The notes under the pieces: generated by a model
The model's input: the letters and a program-made list of their open reading frames with translations, nothing else
What the model was told of the DNA's origin: nothing
Databases searched by the model: none
Source: Candidatus Avidesulfovibrio excrementigallinarum
GTDB lineage: Bacteria; Desulfobacterota; Desulfovibrionia; Desulfovibrionales; Desulfovibrionaceae
Assembly: GCA_018715085.1 (NCBI GenBank)
Contig: DVMI01000071.1
Coordinates: forward strand, 971-64,970
Direction: 5' to 3'
DNA length: 64,000 bases
Part shown: positions 1 to 9,728 of the stretch, piece by piece
Numbering within the stretch: position 1 is the stretch's first letter
Layout: each line of letters begins with the position of its first letter
Translations under genes and position numbers: made by a program

Positions 1-662
1 ACGGTAAGGTCAACCTGATTCTGCTTCTGTGCATCGTGTGCGGCGTGCTGTTCTCCGGCATGTGGAATCCCGGCGTGCAGTTCAGCATCTACGGGGTGAC
101 CGTGGAACTGCAAAATCTTGTCCGCGACATCTTCCTGCTGGGCGTGGCCGGCGCTTCCATGAAGCTTACCACCACGGAATGCCGCCAGCTCAACAACTTC
201 ACCTGGGATCCCATTCTTGAAGTGGCCAAGCTGTTCATCGGCATCTTTGTGAGCATGATCCCGGCCATTGCCATCCTGCGTGCGGGCGAAGCCGGCGCGT
301 TGTCGAGCGTGATTTCGGCGGTGTCCGAAAACGGCCAGCCGGTCAACAGCATGTTCTTCTGGTGCACCGGCCTGCTTTCGTCCTTCCTGGACAACGCCCC
401 GACCTACCTCGTGTTCTTCAACACGGCCGGTGGCGATCCTGTGCATCTGATGGGCGAATGGGCCATGACGCTGACGGCCATCTCTGCGGGCGCGGTGTTC
501 ATGGGCTCGGTGACCTACATCGGCAATGCCCCGAACTTCATGGTTCTTTCCATCGCGAAGGAAAACGAAGTGCCCATGCCCAGCTTCTTTGGCTACATGG
601 TGTGGTCCGTGGGTATCCTGTTCCCGCTCTTTGCTCTGCTTACCTGGATCTTCTTCATTTAA
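1..662 (+). CDS. C-terminal fragment of an ion-transporter-superfamily permease (ArsB/NhaD/citrate-transporter-like Na+/H+ antiporter family); 5' end lies outside the window
   Basis: Frame 3 is open from the window edge to the stop at 660-662. The product is polytopic and hydrophobic, with ...LDNAPTYLVFF... and ...IGNAPNFMV... segments typical of ArsB/NhaD-type permeases. A hairpin plus T-run terminator follows. Confidence 0.6.
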   Translation, partial: GKVNLILLLCIVCGVLFSGMWNPGVQFSIYGVTVELQNLVRDIFLLGVAGASMKLTTTECRQLNNFTWDPILEVAKLFIGIFVSMIPAIAILRAGEAGALSSVISAVSENGQPVNSMFFWCTGLLSSFLDNAPTYLVFFNTAGGDPVHLMGEWAMTLTAISAGAVFMGSVTYIGNAPNFMVLSIAKENEVPMPSFFGYMVWSVGILFPLFALLTWIFFI

Positions 663-687
663 CAGAGCCTGTTAGCTGAGCGTTTTT

Positions 688-727
688 CAGCCTGTCCGGG
701 AGACGTTCCCGGGCAGGCTGTTTTTTT
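688..727 (+). terminator. Rho-independent terminator after the permease gene
   Basis: 14-bp stem (cagcctgtccggga / tcccgggcaggctg, one G-T pair), 5-nt loop, then T7 at 721-727. Confidence 0.65.
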
Positions 728-1008
728 GTTGTCAGTCAAAGGCGGTTCCGTTGGTTTGTCCACCTTGTGGCGGCTGCGCTGGAGTGGAGGGGAGCCTGGT
801 GTTATCAGCACAGGGCGCAGGCAGCCGGGAAGAAGCCGCCTTGCCGCAATTGAACCAGAAGGGATTTTGAGGCGTGAAGAGCGTCCAGGGTCTTTGTGTC
901 AGGGAGCAGACGGGTTCAGGCGAGACACGGCGGTTTTGTCCGCTGCGCCTGAAGCGAAGCCGCAACGTATGTTGCAGTCATTACGCCATGCAGCGGGGTG
1001 ACGCTGTT

Positions 1009-1527
1009 TCAGCGGGTATCGATGGCCTCAACGCGGACTCTACCTGTACCCGCAGCAAGAATGCCAAGGCGCGCAGCGGCGGCTTTGCTCAGATCGATGA
1101 CTCTGCCCGGGATGAACGGCCCCCGGTCGTTGATACGGACATGGATGGAGCGGCCCGTGCGCAGGTTGGTGACGCGCACGGTGGTGTTCAAGGGCAGGAT
1201 TTTATGGGCGGCGGTCATGGCGTACATGTTGTAGCGTTCGCCGTTGGCCGTACGTTTGCCATGGAATCCCGGCCCGTACCAGGAGGCAATGCCCGTTTCT
1301 CTGAATCCGCGGGCCGAGATAAGCGGGTAATAGGTCACGCCCCGGATGGTGTAGGGCCTGCCGCCGCCAACACCGCCCGAATAGTTGCCCGTGTAGACTT
1401 CGTTTCCCCAGTCAAAGGGATTGAGGGAAAAACCGCCGCATCCCGCACAGCAGACGGTCAGCAAAACGGCGGCCAGCAGGCGGACAAGACCGCCTGCCGG
1501 GAGCGCTGTGCGGGATGGGTTGATCAT
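1009..1527 (-). CDS. rlpA: Septal ring lytic transglycosylase RlpA-family lipoprotein (DPBB domain)
   Basis: Signal/lipobox-like N-terminus (LLTVCCAGC) and the DPBB signature [19 protein letters not shown]...[22 protein letters not shown]. Confidence 0.85.
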   Translation of the reverse strand: MINPSRTALPAGGLVRLLAAVLLTVCCAGCGGFSLNPFDWGNEVYTGNYSGGVGGGRPYTIRGVTYYPLISARGFRETGIASWYGPGFHGKRTANGERYNMYAMTAAHKILPLNTTVRVTNLRTGRSIHVRINDRGPFIPGRVIDLSKAAAARLGILAAGTGRVRVEAIDTR

Positions 1528-1531
1528 GCGT

Positions 1532-2311
1532 TCACCAGCAGGTCCTTGCAGGGACGCCAGCCTCGCTCATGACTTGCTTGAGTTCTGCGATGCTGTAGCG
1601 TCCGTAATGGACGATAGAGGCAACCAGCGCGGCTGACGCGCCGCCTTTGGTCACGGCGTCCACCAGGTGGCGGGGCTCGCCAGCGCCTCCGGACGCAATG
1701 ACAGGAATGCGCACCGCATCGCTGATCATGCGGGTCAGCGTCAGTTCGTACCCGTCGCAGGTGCCGTCGGCGTCAATGGAGTTGAGGCAGATTTCTCCCG
1801 CTCCCAGCTCTTCAGCGCGGATGGCCCAGGCCCGGGCGTCAAGGCCGGTGGGCTTGCGCCCGCCGTGAATGACCACCTCATAGCCGGAAGGCGTGTCGGC
1901 CGTGACGGCCGTCTTGCGGACGTCCATGCCGAGCACGATGGCCTGCGCGCCAAAAGCGTCCGCGCCTTCGCTGAGCAGCGAGGGATTTTTGACAGCTGCG
2001 GAGTTGACGGACACTTTTTCCGCGCCGGCAAGGAGTGCGGCGCGCATGTCGCTGACGGAGGCAATGCCGCCGCCTACAGAGAAGGGAATGAAGATTTCGG
2101 CTGCGACACGCTCGACGACGTCCAGAAAAATGCCCCGGCCCTCGGCGCTGGCGGTAATGTCGTAGAACACGATCTCGTCGGCGCCTTCTTCATAGTAGCG
2201 GCGGGCTGTTTCCACAGGGTCGCCGATGTCCAGATTGCCCTGGAACTTGATGCCTTTGGTCAGTTTGCCGTCGCGGACGTCAAGGCAGGGGATGATGCGT
2301 TTGCTCAGCAT
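1532..2311 (-). CDS. hisF: Imidazole glycerol phosphate synthase, cyclase subunit HisF
   Basis: [23 protein letters not shown]...[13 protein letters not shown]...VGGGI. The start was moved to the internal ATG at 2311 (the ORF track extends to 2419). It overlaps the hisH stop by 7 nt. Confidence 0.95.
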   Translation of the reverse strand: MLSKRIIPCLDVRDGKLTKGIKFQGNLDIGDPVETARRYYEEGADEIVFYDITASAEGRGIFLDVVERVAAEIFIPFSVGGGIASVSDMRAALLAGAEKVSVNSAAVKNPSLLSEGADAFGAQAIVLGMDVRKTAVTADTPSGYEVVIHGGRKPTGLDARAWAIRAEELGAGEICLNSIDADGTCDGYELTLTRMISDAVRIPVIASGGAGEPRHLVDAVTKGGASAALVASIVHYGRYSIAELKQVMSEAGVPARTCW

Positions 2312-2961
2312 GACGAAACCTCCGGAGATCCTGGCTCCACACCGCAGAACCGGGCAAAATTGGCCAGAATGCGCAGCCCCGGGCGGCCGCTCTTTTCCGG
2401 ATGGAACTGGACGGCCCACAAGCCGTTGCGGCCGTATACCGAGCAGAACTCCGTTCCGTAACGGGTGGTGGCAATGACGTTTTCTTGTGCGGTTTCGATG
2501 TAATAGCTGTGCACAAAATAGAAGAAGGCGTTTTCCGGCAGGCCCTCAAGCAGAGGGCTCGGAGTGCGGATGGACAGGGTGTTCCAGCCCATGTGCGGGA
2601 TACGGATGGGCCGGCCGTCCTCGTCGGTCCATGCCGGATCGAATTTGCGGCAGACGCCGGAGACAAGCCCCAGGGTAGGTGTGTCGTTTTCTTCGCTGTG
2701 CTCAAGCATAATCTGACAACCAAGACAGATGCCGAGCACCGGCCGGGCTTCGCGCACGGCGCGGCGAAGCACGTTGTCCAGACCGGAGGCGGCAAGCTGG
2801 GCCATGGCCTGACCGGCCGCGCCCACACCAGGGAAAATGATACCGGCGGCGGATAGAGCAGTGTCCGGATCTGCCGTAATGCAGCAGGGAATGCCCAGAT
2901 GTTCCAGGGCGCGGCGTACACTGGTCTGGTTGCCGGCCTTGTAGTCCAGAATGGCAATCAT
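2305..2961 (-). CDS. hisH: Imidazole glycerol phosphate synthase, glutamine amidotransferase subunit HisH
   Basis: [15 protein letters not shown]..., catalytic Cys context GICLGCQ, and C-terminal VQFHPEKS. Confidence 0.95.
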   Translation of the reverse strand: MIAILDYKAGNQTSVRRALEHLGIPCCITADPDTALSAAGIIFPGVGAAGQAMAQLAASGLDNVLRRAVREARPVLGICLGCQIMLEHSEENDTPTLGLVSGVCRKFDPAWTDEDGRPIRIPHMGWNTLSIRTPSPLLEGLPENAFFYFVHSYYIETAQENVIATTRYGTEFCSVYGRNGLWAVQFHPEKSGRPGLRILANFARFCGVEPGSPEVSSC

Positions 2962-3390
2962 TGGAGATCCTCAACAGGCAAGCGGTGAACGTGAAACGTC
3001 CGTAGAAGGCGTTCTAGGGCGTTTGCTTGTAACATACAACAAGAGGCTCTGCTCCTGCAAGGCATGCCCGTGGCGCTGTCCGGGGGCCGTAACAGCCCCG
3101 CGGGCCGTCTCAGCCTATGGGTTTGTGTGGCGCCCGGCAGAACCACAAGCCGGCGGGTACGGCAACAGCCCGTTATGGGCATGTATCGAAACGCCATACT
3201 GCATTTTATACGGGACGCATTTGCTGACAGACCGGCGTCATGCAGGCCCCGTTGCGGCCGTGGGCGTGCCTCCTTGGCGTTTGGCGCCGCTGTCGAGACG
3301 GCAAGGTCCGCTGGCTCGATGCTTGGGAAGGGCTTCACCAGGAGTGCGCAATGCCGGCTGCGGCTCTTTTCTTTTGTTCTGTTCGAGGCT

Positions 3391-3936
3391 ATGAACAAAC
3401 GCATTATGCCGACACAACCTTTGACATTCCAGACAACGCTGTCCAGCGTAAACGCCACGCTGGCCTTTGGCGCGGTCCTTGGCGCGCGGCTGAATGCTGC
3501 CTGGCGCCAGCAGCGGCCTGTCCGTGTTCTTTTGCTGTATGGAGATCTTGGCTGCGGCAAAACCACGTTGACGCGCGGTCTTGCTGAGGCGCTTCCCGGC
3601 GGGGAGCTCGCCGAGGTATCCAGCCCCAGCTTCACGGTATGCAACGTCTATCCGACGCAGCCCGAAATCGTTCACTGTGACTTGTATCGTTCGGACAAAG
3701 CGGATGGGTTTGCGGACGGCCTTCCGGAGGAGGCGGAAGAAGCGCTTGATCGCGCCGACGGATCCTGCGTGCTTGTGGAGTGGGCCCAGAGGCTGGCGCC
3801 TGGGGATATTCCTTCAGAAAGACTGGACATCCATATGAAATCATGCCATGAAATGCACTCGGTGACGCTGTGTGCTTACGGCAGTGCAGCCACCCGTCTG
3901 CTTCAGGAACTGGCCGTCGATATGGCGGCGTCATAG
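3391..3936 (+). CDS. tsaE: tRNA threonylcarbamoyladenosine (t6A) biosynthesis ATPase TsaE (YjeE family)
   Basis: P-loop LYGDLGCGKTTLTRG followed by SPSFTV...HCDLYR, typical of TsaE. Start chosen at ATG 3391; the ORF-track N-terminal extension is Arg-rich and non-homologous. Confidence 0.8.
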   Translation: MNKRIMPTQPLTFQTTLSSVNATLAFGAVLGARLNAAWRQQRPVRVLLLYGDLGCGKTTLTRGLAEALPGGELAEVSSPSFTVCNVYPTQPEIVHCDLYRSDKADGFADGLPEEAEEALDRADGSCVLVEWAQRLAPGDIPSERLDIHMKSCHEMHSVTLCAYGSAATRLLQELAVDMAAS

Positions 3937-3951
3937 ATAAGGAAAGAACGT

Positions 3952-5166
3952 ATGCGTATTCTGGTGCAAAAATTCGGCGGCACCTCCGTTGCGGACATCG
4001 ATCGGCTGAATATGGTGCGCGAAAAGGTCAAGGCAGCGCTGGATCGCGGCTACAAAGTGGTGGTGGTGCTTTCGGCAAGAGCCGGAAAAACCAACAAGCT
4101 GCTTGCGCAAGCCGCCCGCTGGGCGGATGATCCGGATCTTGCCGAAGTGGACTCTTTGCTCTCCACCGGCGAGCAGGCCTCTGTCACGCTGTTTGGCATG
4201 CTGCTCAAGGGGCACGGCATCAAGGCGCGCTCCGTGCTGGGCTGGCAGATTCCCATTGTTACCGACGACGCCTTTGGGGCGGCGAGAATCCACTCCATCG
4301 ACGGCGATCATCTCCGCAAGATGCTCGAAACCTATGACGTGCTTGTTGTGGCCGGTTTCCAGGGCGTCACCGAAGACGGCCGCATCACGACGCTCGGCCG
4401 CGGCGGTTCGGACACCTCGGCGGTGGCTCTGGCGGCGGCGCTGGGATCTTGCGAGTGTGAGATTTATACCGACGTGGACGGCGTGTACACCACCGATCCG
4501 AACATGTGCTCCACGGCCCGTAAGCTGGACCGCATCTGCTACGACGAAATGCTGGAAATGGCTTCCATGGGGGCTAAGGTCCTGCAAATCCGTTCTGTAG
4601 AATTTGCCAAAAAATACAACGTGCCCGTACATGTCCGCTCGACGTTCAACAACAATCCCGGAACCATGGTTGTTCAGGAGGATCCCGAAATGGAAGCTGT
4701 GCTTGTTTCCGGCATCGCCTATGATAAGGACCAGGCCCTCATTTCTTTGACCGGCGTGCCGGATCGGCCCGGCATTTCCGCCACGCTGTTCACCCCTCTT
4801 GCCAAGGAAGGCATTGTGGTGGACATGATTATCCAGACTGCCAGCCGCAACGGCCGCGCCGACATGGCCTTTACTGTGCCCCGCAAGAGCCTGGAAAAAA
4901 CCGTAAAGATTATGGAAGGCCTGCACGACATCATTGACAACCAGGGTATTGAGACGTCCTCCAAGGTGTCCAAGGTGTCTGTCATCGGCGTTGGCATGCG
5001 CAATCATACGGGCGTGGCTTCTAAGGCGTTTGATGCGCTGAGCAAGGAAAACATCAATATCCTGATGATCAGCACTTCTGAAATCAAGATTTCGTGCCTG
5101 ATCGACGAAAAATACACCGAACTCGCCGTGAGCACGCTGCACGACGTGTTTGAGCTGGGCAAGTAG
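3952..5166 (+). CDS. lysC: Aspartate kinase (monofunctional, two C-terminal ACT domains)
   Basis: MRILVQKFGGTSVADIDRL...VVVVLSA...GRGGSDTSAVALAAAL; RBS aaggaaag lies upstream. Confidence 0.95.
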   Translation: MRILVQKFGGTSVADIDRLNMVREKVKAALDRGYKVVVVLSARAGKTNKLLAQAARWADDPDLAEVDSLLSTGEQASVTLFGMLLKGHGIKARSVLGWQIPIVTDDAFGAARIHSIDGDHLRKMLETYDVLVVAGFQGVTEDGRITTLGRGGSDTSAVALAAALGSCECEIYTDVDGVYTTDPNMCSTARKLDRICYDEMLEMASMGAKVLQIRSVEFAKKYNVPVHVRSTFNNNPGTMVVQEDPEMEAVLVSGIAYDKDQALISLTGVPDRPGISATLFTPLAKEGIVVDMIIQTASRNGRADMAFTVPRKSLEKTVKIMEGLHDIIDNQGIETSSKVSKVSVIGVGMRNHTGVASKAFDALSKENINILMISTSEIKISCLIDEKYTELAVSTLHDVFELGK

Positions 5167-5181
5167 CCCTGCAACTGTCTG

Positions 5182-5227
5182 CCTGCGGCGCCTTCTCAGT
5201 ACAGGGGAAGGCGCCGCAGGCATTTTT
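5182..5227 (+). terminator. Rho-independent terminator after lysC
   Basis: 14-bp perfect stem cctgcggcgccttc / gaaggcgccgcagg, 11-nt loop, followed by cattttt. Confidence 0.6.
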
Positions 5228-5533
5228 GCGGATGGACGGCTGGACCGCCGTCAGCGCGCCGCGTCCAGTCAGATCGGCGCGTCAATGCCAGGATGTCGCG
5301 GGTAGCCCCGCGGCAGAAAGAACAGGCCGTCTTTTCAAAAAGGCTGTTAAGAAGGCTGGCCGCGGGGGCGTTTGTTTGACGCGGTGTTCCGGGCGCTGAA
5401 AGGATATGCGCGCAAGCGCCGTTTTCAGGCCTGCGGGAAGAGCGGCGGGGCCTGGTCCGGGCCGTTGCCGCATTGGCGGGCCTCTCTGAGCAGAACAGAC
5501 AGCGCAATGACAGATCCGGGGTTCAGAGGCGTT

Positions 5534-6103
5534 TCAGCGCGGACTCAGGCCGCCTTTCTCAAACATGAGGCGCGCGGCAGGCGAGACGCTTTCTGGCAGT
5601 GCACGAAGAAAGCCCGCCAGCTCATCGGCATCCAGGAGCATGTCCTGACCGGCAGAAAGGTAGGGCTGTACCGGGCCTCCGCGAAACAGCGTCAGCGATA
5701 CGCGCCCGAACCGCGATGGCGGAAACGTGGCCTTGAGTTCGTCGGGCGGATATGTGGCAAACAGCCGCAGCCGCGGCGTTTCCACGCCGAACATGGCAAA
5801 CAGCCTGCGGGCGGCGTCAAGCGGCGTTTCGCCGGCGTGCAGGGCGCCAAGGATGGGCAGTTCCCACAAACCGGCAAACAGGGACCCTTCGGCTACAGCC
5901 CGGCGCAGGACCACGCGTGTCGATTCCCGCCGGTTTCCGCTGACGAGCAGCGAAGCGCCGACAAGCCGCCACTCAAGCCCCGTGCGGGGCGCAGCCTGTT
6001 TGCTGACGACCAGCAGGGGCCGGCCCTGCCTGTCCAAACATTCCACGGCGTCCGGATCAAGTCCCGGAGGCGGGATAAAGGGAGAAAACTGGTGCCATTG
6101 CAT
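5534..6103 (-). CDS. NUDIX-fold protein with a degenerate Nudix box
   Basis: GLWELPILGALHAGETPLDAARRLFAMFGV aligns to the Nudix box GX5EX7REUXEEXGU, but REL-EE is replaced by RRL-AM. Codon usage is typical (GC3-rich). Start taken at ATG 6103. Confidence 0.5.
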   Translation of the reverse strand: MQWHQFSPFIPPPGLDPDAVECLDRQGRPLLVVSKQAAPRTGLEWRLVGASLLVSGNRRESTRVVLRRAVAEGSLFAGLWELPILGALHAGETPLDAARRLFAMFGVETPRLRLFATYPPDELKATFPPSRFGRVSLTLFRGGPVQPYLSAGQDMLLDADELAGFLRALPESVSPAARLMFEKGGLSPR

Positions 6104-6556
6104 GCCGGGACAGCTCCATATTGCTGCAAACGTCTTGACGCGTCTTTTGCGCCGGTTCTTGCAGAGCTGGAAGCGCGGTGCTTCGCGCATCCCTGGACAG
6201 AAGTCGAGATGACCGCAGCCTTCAGCCAGCCGGCATTTCATGCCTACGGGCTGGTTGAGGGGAACGGCGTGCTGCTTGCCTACATCACGCTGTACCATAT
6301 TGCCGATGAACTGGAAATCATCAATATCGCCGTTCATCCGGACGCCCGTCAGCAGGGGCTTGGAGGGTGCCTGCTGGACTATGCCTTGCGCGAAGAAACC
6401 AAACTGGGCATACTGGCCATGTTTCTGGAAGTGCGGACAAGCAACACGCCCGCCATCAGACTTTATGAACGGGCCGGATTTCGGCTTGCGGGGCGACGCC
6501 GCAGTTATTATACCGCCCCTGTTGAAGACGGGCTTGTCTATGAAAAACGGCTGTAA
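6092..6556 (+). CDS. rimI: Ribosomal-protein-alanine N-acetyltransferase RimI (GNAT)
   Basis: ...LAELEARCFAHPWTE...IINIAVHPDARQQGLGGCLL...LEVRTSNTPAIRLYERAGF. There is no in-frame ATG near the N-terminus. GTG 6092 has GGAGA 7 nt upstream; TTG 6098 is an alternative. Confidence 0.8.
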   Translation: MPLHAGTAPYCCKRLDASFAPVLAELEARCFAHPWTEVEMTAAFSQPAFHAYGLVEGNGVLLAYITLYHIADELEIINIAVHPDARQQGLGGCLLDYALREETKLGILAMFLEVRTSNTPAIRLYERAGFRLAGRRRSYYTAPVEDGLVYEKRL

Positions 6557-6583
6557 AGCCGTTTAGCTGGAGGATGAACGTTC

Positions 6584-7336
6584 ATGCGTACGCTTATTGC
6601 TGCCAATTGGAAGATGTTCAAGACCCGCGCAGAAGCGCAACAGACCGCCCGCGATTTGGTGTCGCTGCTGCAGAACGACTGGCCGCAAGAGCGGGACGTC
6701 CTGCTGTTCGCGCCGTTTACCGCGCTGGCGGCTACCGCAGAGGCTGTGGCGGATTCGCCTGTGGCCGTTGGCGCTCAGGATGTCTACCCCGCTGCGGAAG
6801 GCGCCTTTACTGGGGAAGTCTCCCCAGGCATGATTCTGGATTGTGGCGCTTCGTGGGTGCTTGCCGGTCACTCCGAGCGGCGGCATATCCTTGGCGAATC
6901 GCCTGCCTTTGTCGGCAGGAAAGCGGCCTTTGCACTGGAGTCTGGCCTTTCAGTCATGCTCTGCATTGGCGAAACGCTGGAAGAACGCGAAGCAGACAAG
7001 CTCGAGATTGTTCTGCGCACCCAGCTTGAACAGGCTGTGCGAGGGCTTTCGGCAGAGGCCTGCCTTAAGGGGCTTGCCATCGCCTATGAGCCTGTCTGGG
7101 CCATTGGAACAGGCAAAGTGGCTTCTGAGGCAGACATTTTGGAAGCGCACGCCATGGTGCGCAATATCCTGGGGGTCATCCTGGGATCTACGGCCGGGAG
7201 CCTGCCCATTTTGTATGGCGGCAGCGTCAAGCCCGAGAACGCGTCGGCGATCCTCGCCCTTGACAATGTCAACGGTCTTCTGGTAGGTGGTGCATCTTTA
7301 AGGGCGGAAAGTTTTAGCAAAATCATCCGGGCCTGA
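6584..7336 (+). CDS. tpiA: Triosephosphate isomerase
   Basis: MRTLIAANWKMF...GHSERR...AYEPVWAIGTGKVAS; GGAGG RBS upstream. Confidence 0.95.
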   Translation: MRTLIAANWKMFKTRAEAQQTARDLVSLLQNDWPQERDVLLFAPFTALAATAEAVADSPVAVGAQDVYPAAEGAFTGEVSPGMILDCGASWVLAGHSERRHILGESPAFVGRKAAFALESGLSVMLCIGETLEEREADKLEIVLRTQLEQAVRGLSAEACLKGLAIAYEPVWAIGTGKVASEADILEAHAMVRNILGVILGSTAGSLPILYGGSVKPENASAILALDNVNGLLVGGASLRAESFSKIIRA

Positions 7337-7440
7337 TCGTCACGCGTGTCCGCGCAACGCGGGCATGCGCGCCGTTGTGTCCGGAGCCTATATTATGTTG
7401 TGTTCCACCGCGCGTGGCGCGGCGGATCAAGGAGTCGCCA

Positions 7441-7929
7441 GTGGAAAGCCTTATCCTGTCCCTGCATGTGGTTGTCTGCGTGGTCCTTGTGGTTCTTGTC
7501 CTGCTCCAGTCGGGCAAGGAAGGCATGGGCGTGATCTTCGGAGGCGGCAACGCCTCGGTGTTCGGCAGCTCTGGAGCGGGAGGCCTGCTCAGCAAGCTGA
7601 CGGCGTTTGTTGCCGTCATTTTTGTCGCAACCTGCCTCAGCTACAACATTCTGACGAGCACGACATCCCAGCAGGAATCGACCATTTTGGATGTCCGCCT
7701 TGAAGAAGTTCCGGCACAGACCTCTGCGGCCCCGGCCACCCAGCCTGCTGCGCAAGCCCCTGCAGCTGCGGCCGAACAGCCGGCTGCGCAGGCGCCTGCG
7801 GCCCCGGCCGAACAGCCTGCTGCACAGGCTCCTGCGGCTGAACAGCCTGCTGCCGGACAGGCTCCGGCTGCTGCTGCGCCGGCCGAACAGGCGACACCGG
7901 CTGAACAATCGGCTCCGGCTGCCAATTAA
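7441..7929 (+). CDS. secG: Preprotein translocase subunit SecG with a long Ala/Pro/Gln/Glu-rich C-terminal extension
   Basis: The core LHVVVCVVLVVLVLLQSGKEGMGVIFGGGNASVFGSSGAGGLLSKLT is classic SecG. GTG 7441 has AAGGAG 6 nt upstream. It lies downstream of tpiA, as in many bacteria. Confidence 0.85.
   Translation: MESLILSLHVVVCVVLVVLVLLQSGKEGMGVIFGGGNASVFGSSGAGGLLSKLTAFVAVIFVATCLSYNILTSTTSQQESTILDVRLEEVPAQTSAAPATQPAAQAPAAAAEQPAAQAPAAPAEQPAAQAPAAEQPAAGQAPAAAAPAEQATPAEQSAPAAN
7735..7920 (+). repeat. Imperfect 33-36 bp in-frame tandem repeats encoding (A)EQPAAQAPAA units inside the secG 3' part
   Basis: gccgaacagccggctgcgcaggcgcctgcg / gccgaacagcctgctgcacaggctcctgcg / gaacagcctgctgccggacaggctccggct, read directly from the sequence. 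Confidence 0.7.
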
Positions 7930-8118
7930 TCTGCCCGCCCTGACAAAGGCAACAAACGCGGAGGACTTTATCGCATATTGTGCGATGAAGCCTTTCGCGT
8001 TTTTTGTTGCCGGGCTGGCTGACGCAGCGCCGCGGTGACGATGCTTGCACACGATGCCTCTCTCTGGTATCTTTACACATTCCTTTTCACCGCAACACCT
8101 TTTCAGGGGACGCCCGCA

Positions 8119-8865
8119 ATGAAAAAGTTTTCTCTTCTCGCCGCGGCTGCCATGCTGGCCGTGGTCCTGCTTCCGGTCAGCGGTCAGGCCAAAAAATCCT
8201 ACATCAACGGGATTGACGCTAACTATCCGCCGCACGCCTACGTCGATGAAACAGGCAAGCCCGCCGGTTTTGACGTGGATGCCCTCAATTGGATCGCCAA
8301 GAAAATGGACTTTGAGGTCAAGCATCAGCCCATGGACTGGGACGGGATTATCCCTGCCCTGCTGGCCAAGAAGATCGATATGGTCTGCTCTGGCATGAGC
8401 GTCTCTGAAGAGCGCAAGCGCAGCGTGACCTTCTCTGATCCGTACTGGTCCATCAAGAAGGTGTTTGTGGTCAAGAAGGGCACCAAAACGAGCGTGGACG
8501 AAATCCGCAAGGGAAACAAGCGTGTGGGCGTCCAGCGGGGCACCAACGAGCACGAACTGCTTGAGCAGGAAGTGGAGAACAAGGTTTCCAACTTCACCCT
8601 GCGTTTTTATGATTCCGGCCCCATGGCCATTGAAGATCTGCTGAACGGCCGTGCCGATGCGGTGGCCATGGACAGCGCTCCGGCCAATGACGCCATCGCC
8701 AAGGGCAAGCCCGTTGAAATCGTCGGCGAATTTGCCCCGAACGACGACTTTGCCGTGGCAACGCGCAATGAAGATCAGGAACTGCGCGACATCCTGAACA
8801 AGGGCTTCAAGCTCCTTATGGCCGATCCGTACTGGCAGGAACTGCAGGCCAAATACTTCAAATAA
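8119..8865 (+). CDS. Polar amino-acid ABC transporter, periplasmic substrate-binding protein
   Basis: Signal peptide MKKFSLLAAAAMLAVVLLPVSGQA. Family-3 SBP motifs GFDVDALNWIAKKM and DMVCSGMSVSEERK. Confidence 0.9.
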   Translation: MKKFSLLAAAAMLAVVLLPVSGQAKKSYINGIDANYPPHAYVDETGKPAGFDVDALNWIAKKMDFEVKHQPMDWDGIIPALLAKKIDMVCSGMSVSEERKRSVTFSDPYWSIKKVFVVKKGTKTSVDEIRKGNKRVGVQRGTNEHELLEQEVENKVSNFTLRFYDSGPMAIEDLLNGRADAVAMDSAPANDAIAKGKPVEIVGEFAPNDDFAVATRNEDQELRDILNKGFKLLMADPYWQELQAKYFK

Positions 8866-9000
8866 CCGGATGAAGTTGTATGCCGCGCCCCTGTGTAACG
8901 GGGGTGCGGCCTGGTCCGCGCGGGACTTCTGGGGTTTCGCGCGGCATTGTTGCGCCCTTCCCCAGAGTTGCTGGTTGCAGCTGTTTCTCCCGGAGTTCTC

Positions 9001-9696
9001 ATGACCGAACTGTTGCTGGCGAAACTGTCCGTGATTCTTGACGCCCTCCCTTATATCCTTGAGGGAACGCTGGTAACCATTCTCACGGTTGCCGGTTCGC
9101 TGGCGCTTGGCTTTGTCGTGGGCGTTCCCATGGCTGTGCTTGAAGTGTACGGGCCGCGTTGGAGCCGCTGCCTTATCCGGACGTATGTCTGGTTTTTCCG
9201 GGGCATGCCCATTCTTCTTCTGCTGTTTTTGTTTTACTTTGGACTGTTTGAGATCCTCGGCCTGAATCTCTCCACCATCACCGCCTCGTGTCTGGTGCTG
9301 GGCATGGCCTCGGCAGCGTATCAGTCGCAGATTTTCCGCGGCTCCATTCAGAGCCTGCCCGCCGGGCAGCTGCGGGCGGCGCTGGCGCTGGGCATGCGCG
9401 AGTCTGAAGGCATTGCCTTTATCGTGCTGCCGCAGGCACTGCGGCTTTCGATTCCCGGCTGGTCCAACGAATTTTCCATCCTGCTCAAGGACTCCGCCAT
9501 GTGTTTTGTGCTGGGAACGCCCGAAATCATGGCCAGGACACATTTTGTGGCTTCGCGTACCTACGAGCACCTGACGCTGTATCTGACGGCCGGCGTCCTG
9601 TATTTCTGCATTACCCTGGTGGGGGTGAGCCTGCTGCGCCGTCTTGAGCGCAAGGTCAGCATTCCCGGCTACACTTCGGCTGCAGCCTCTTTCTAG
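9001..9696 (+). CDS. Amino-acid ABC transporter permease (His/Glu/Gln/Arg family)
   Basis: Polytopic, with the EAA-type loop ...AALALGMRESEGIAFIVLPQALRLSIPGWSNEF. Confidence 0.9.
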   Translation: MTELLLAKLSVILDALPYILEGTLVTILTVAGSLALGFVVGVPMAVLEVYGPRWSRCLIRTYVWFFRGMPILLLLFLFYFGLFEILGLNLSTITASCLVLGMASAAYQSQIFRGSIQSLPAGQLRAALALGMRESEGIAFIVLPQALRLSIPGWSNEFSILLKDSAMCFVLGTPEIMARTHFVASRTYEHLTLYLTAGVLYFCITLVGVSLLRRLERKVSIPGYTSAAASF

Positions 9697-9728
9697 TCCG
9701 TCTGTCAAATCGTTTGAGGAACCCGCTC

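Noticed and set aside
5372-6091. N-terminal 240 residues of the 394-aa ORF that ends as RimI.
   Set aside because: Only the last roughly 154 residues match GNAT/RimI. The upstream part is Arg-rich and antisense to the well-formed Nudix-like ORF. A GTG with a good RBS sits at 6092.
7735-7920. Tandem repeats (also 15612-15638) considered as possible CRISPR or VNTR non-coding arrays.
   Set aside because: The repeats are in frame inside coding sequences, imperfect and without unique spacers. They encode low-complexity Ala/Pro/Gln or Ala/Asp peptides, and there are no cas genes.
7393-9708. 771-aa minus-strand ORF. Similar very long ORFs lie antisense to real genes: 3931-5223, 12126-13094, 18230-20194, 20412-21812, 22355-24019, 38145-39440, 39482-40909, 46860-48236, 48492-51146, 54662-56146.
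   Set aside because: Each lies exactly antisense to a gene with unmistakable family motifs. Their translations are Arg/Gly/His/Ala-rich with no recognisable domains. Stop-free antisense frames are expected at about 60% GC with GC3-rich codon usage.
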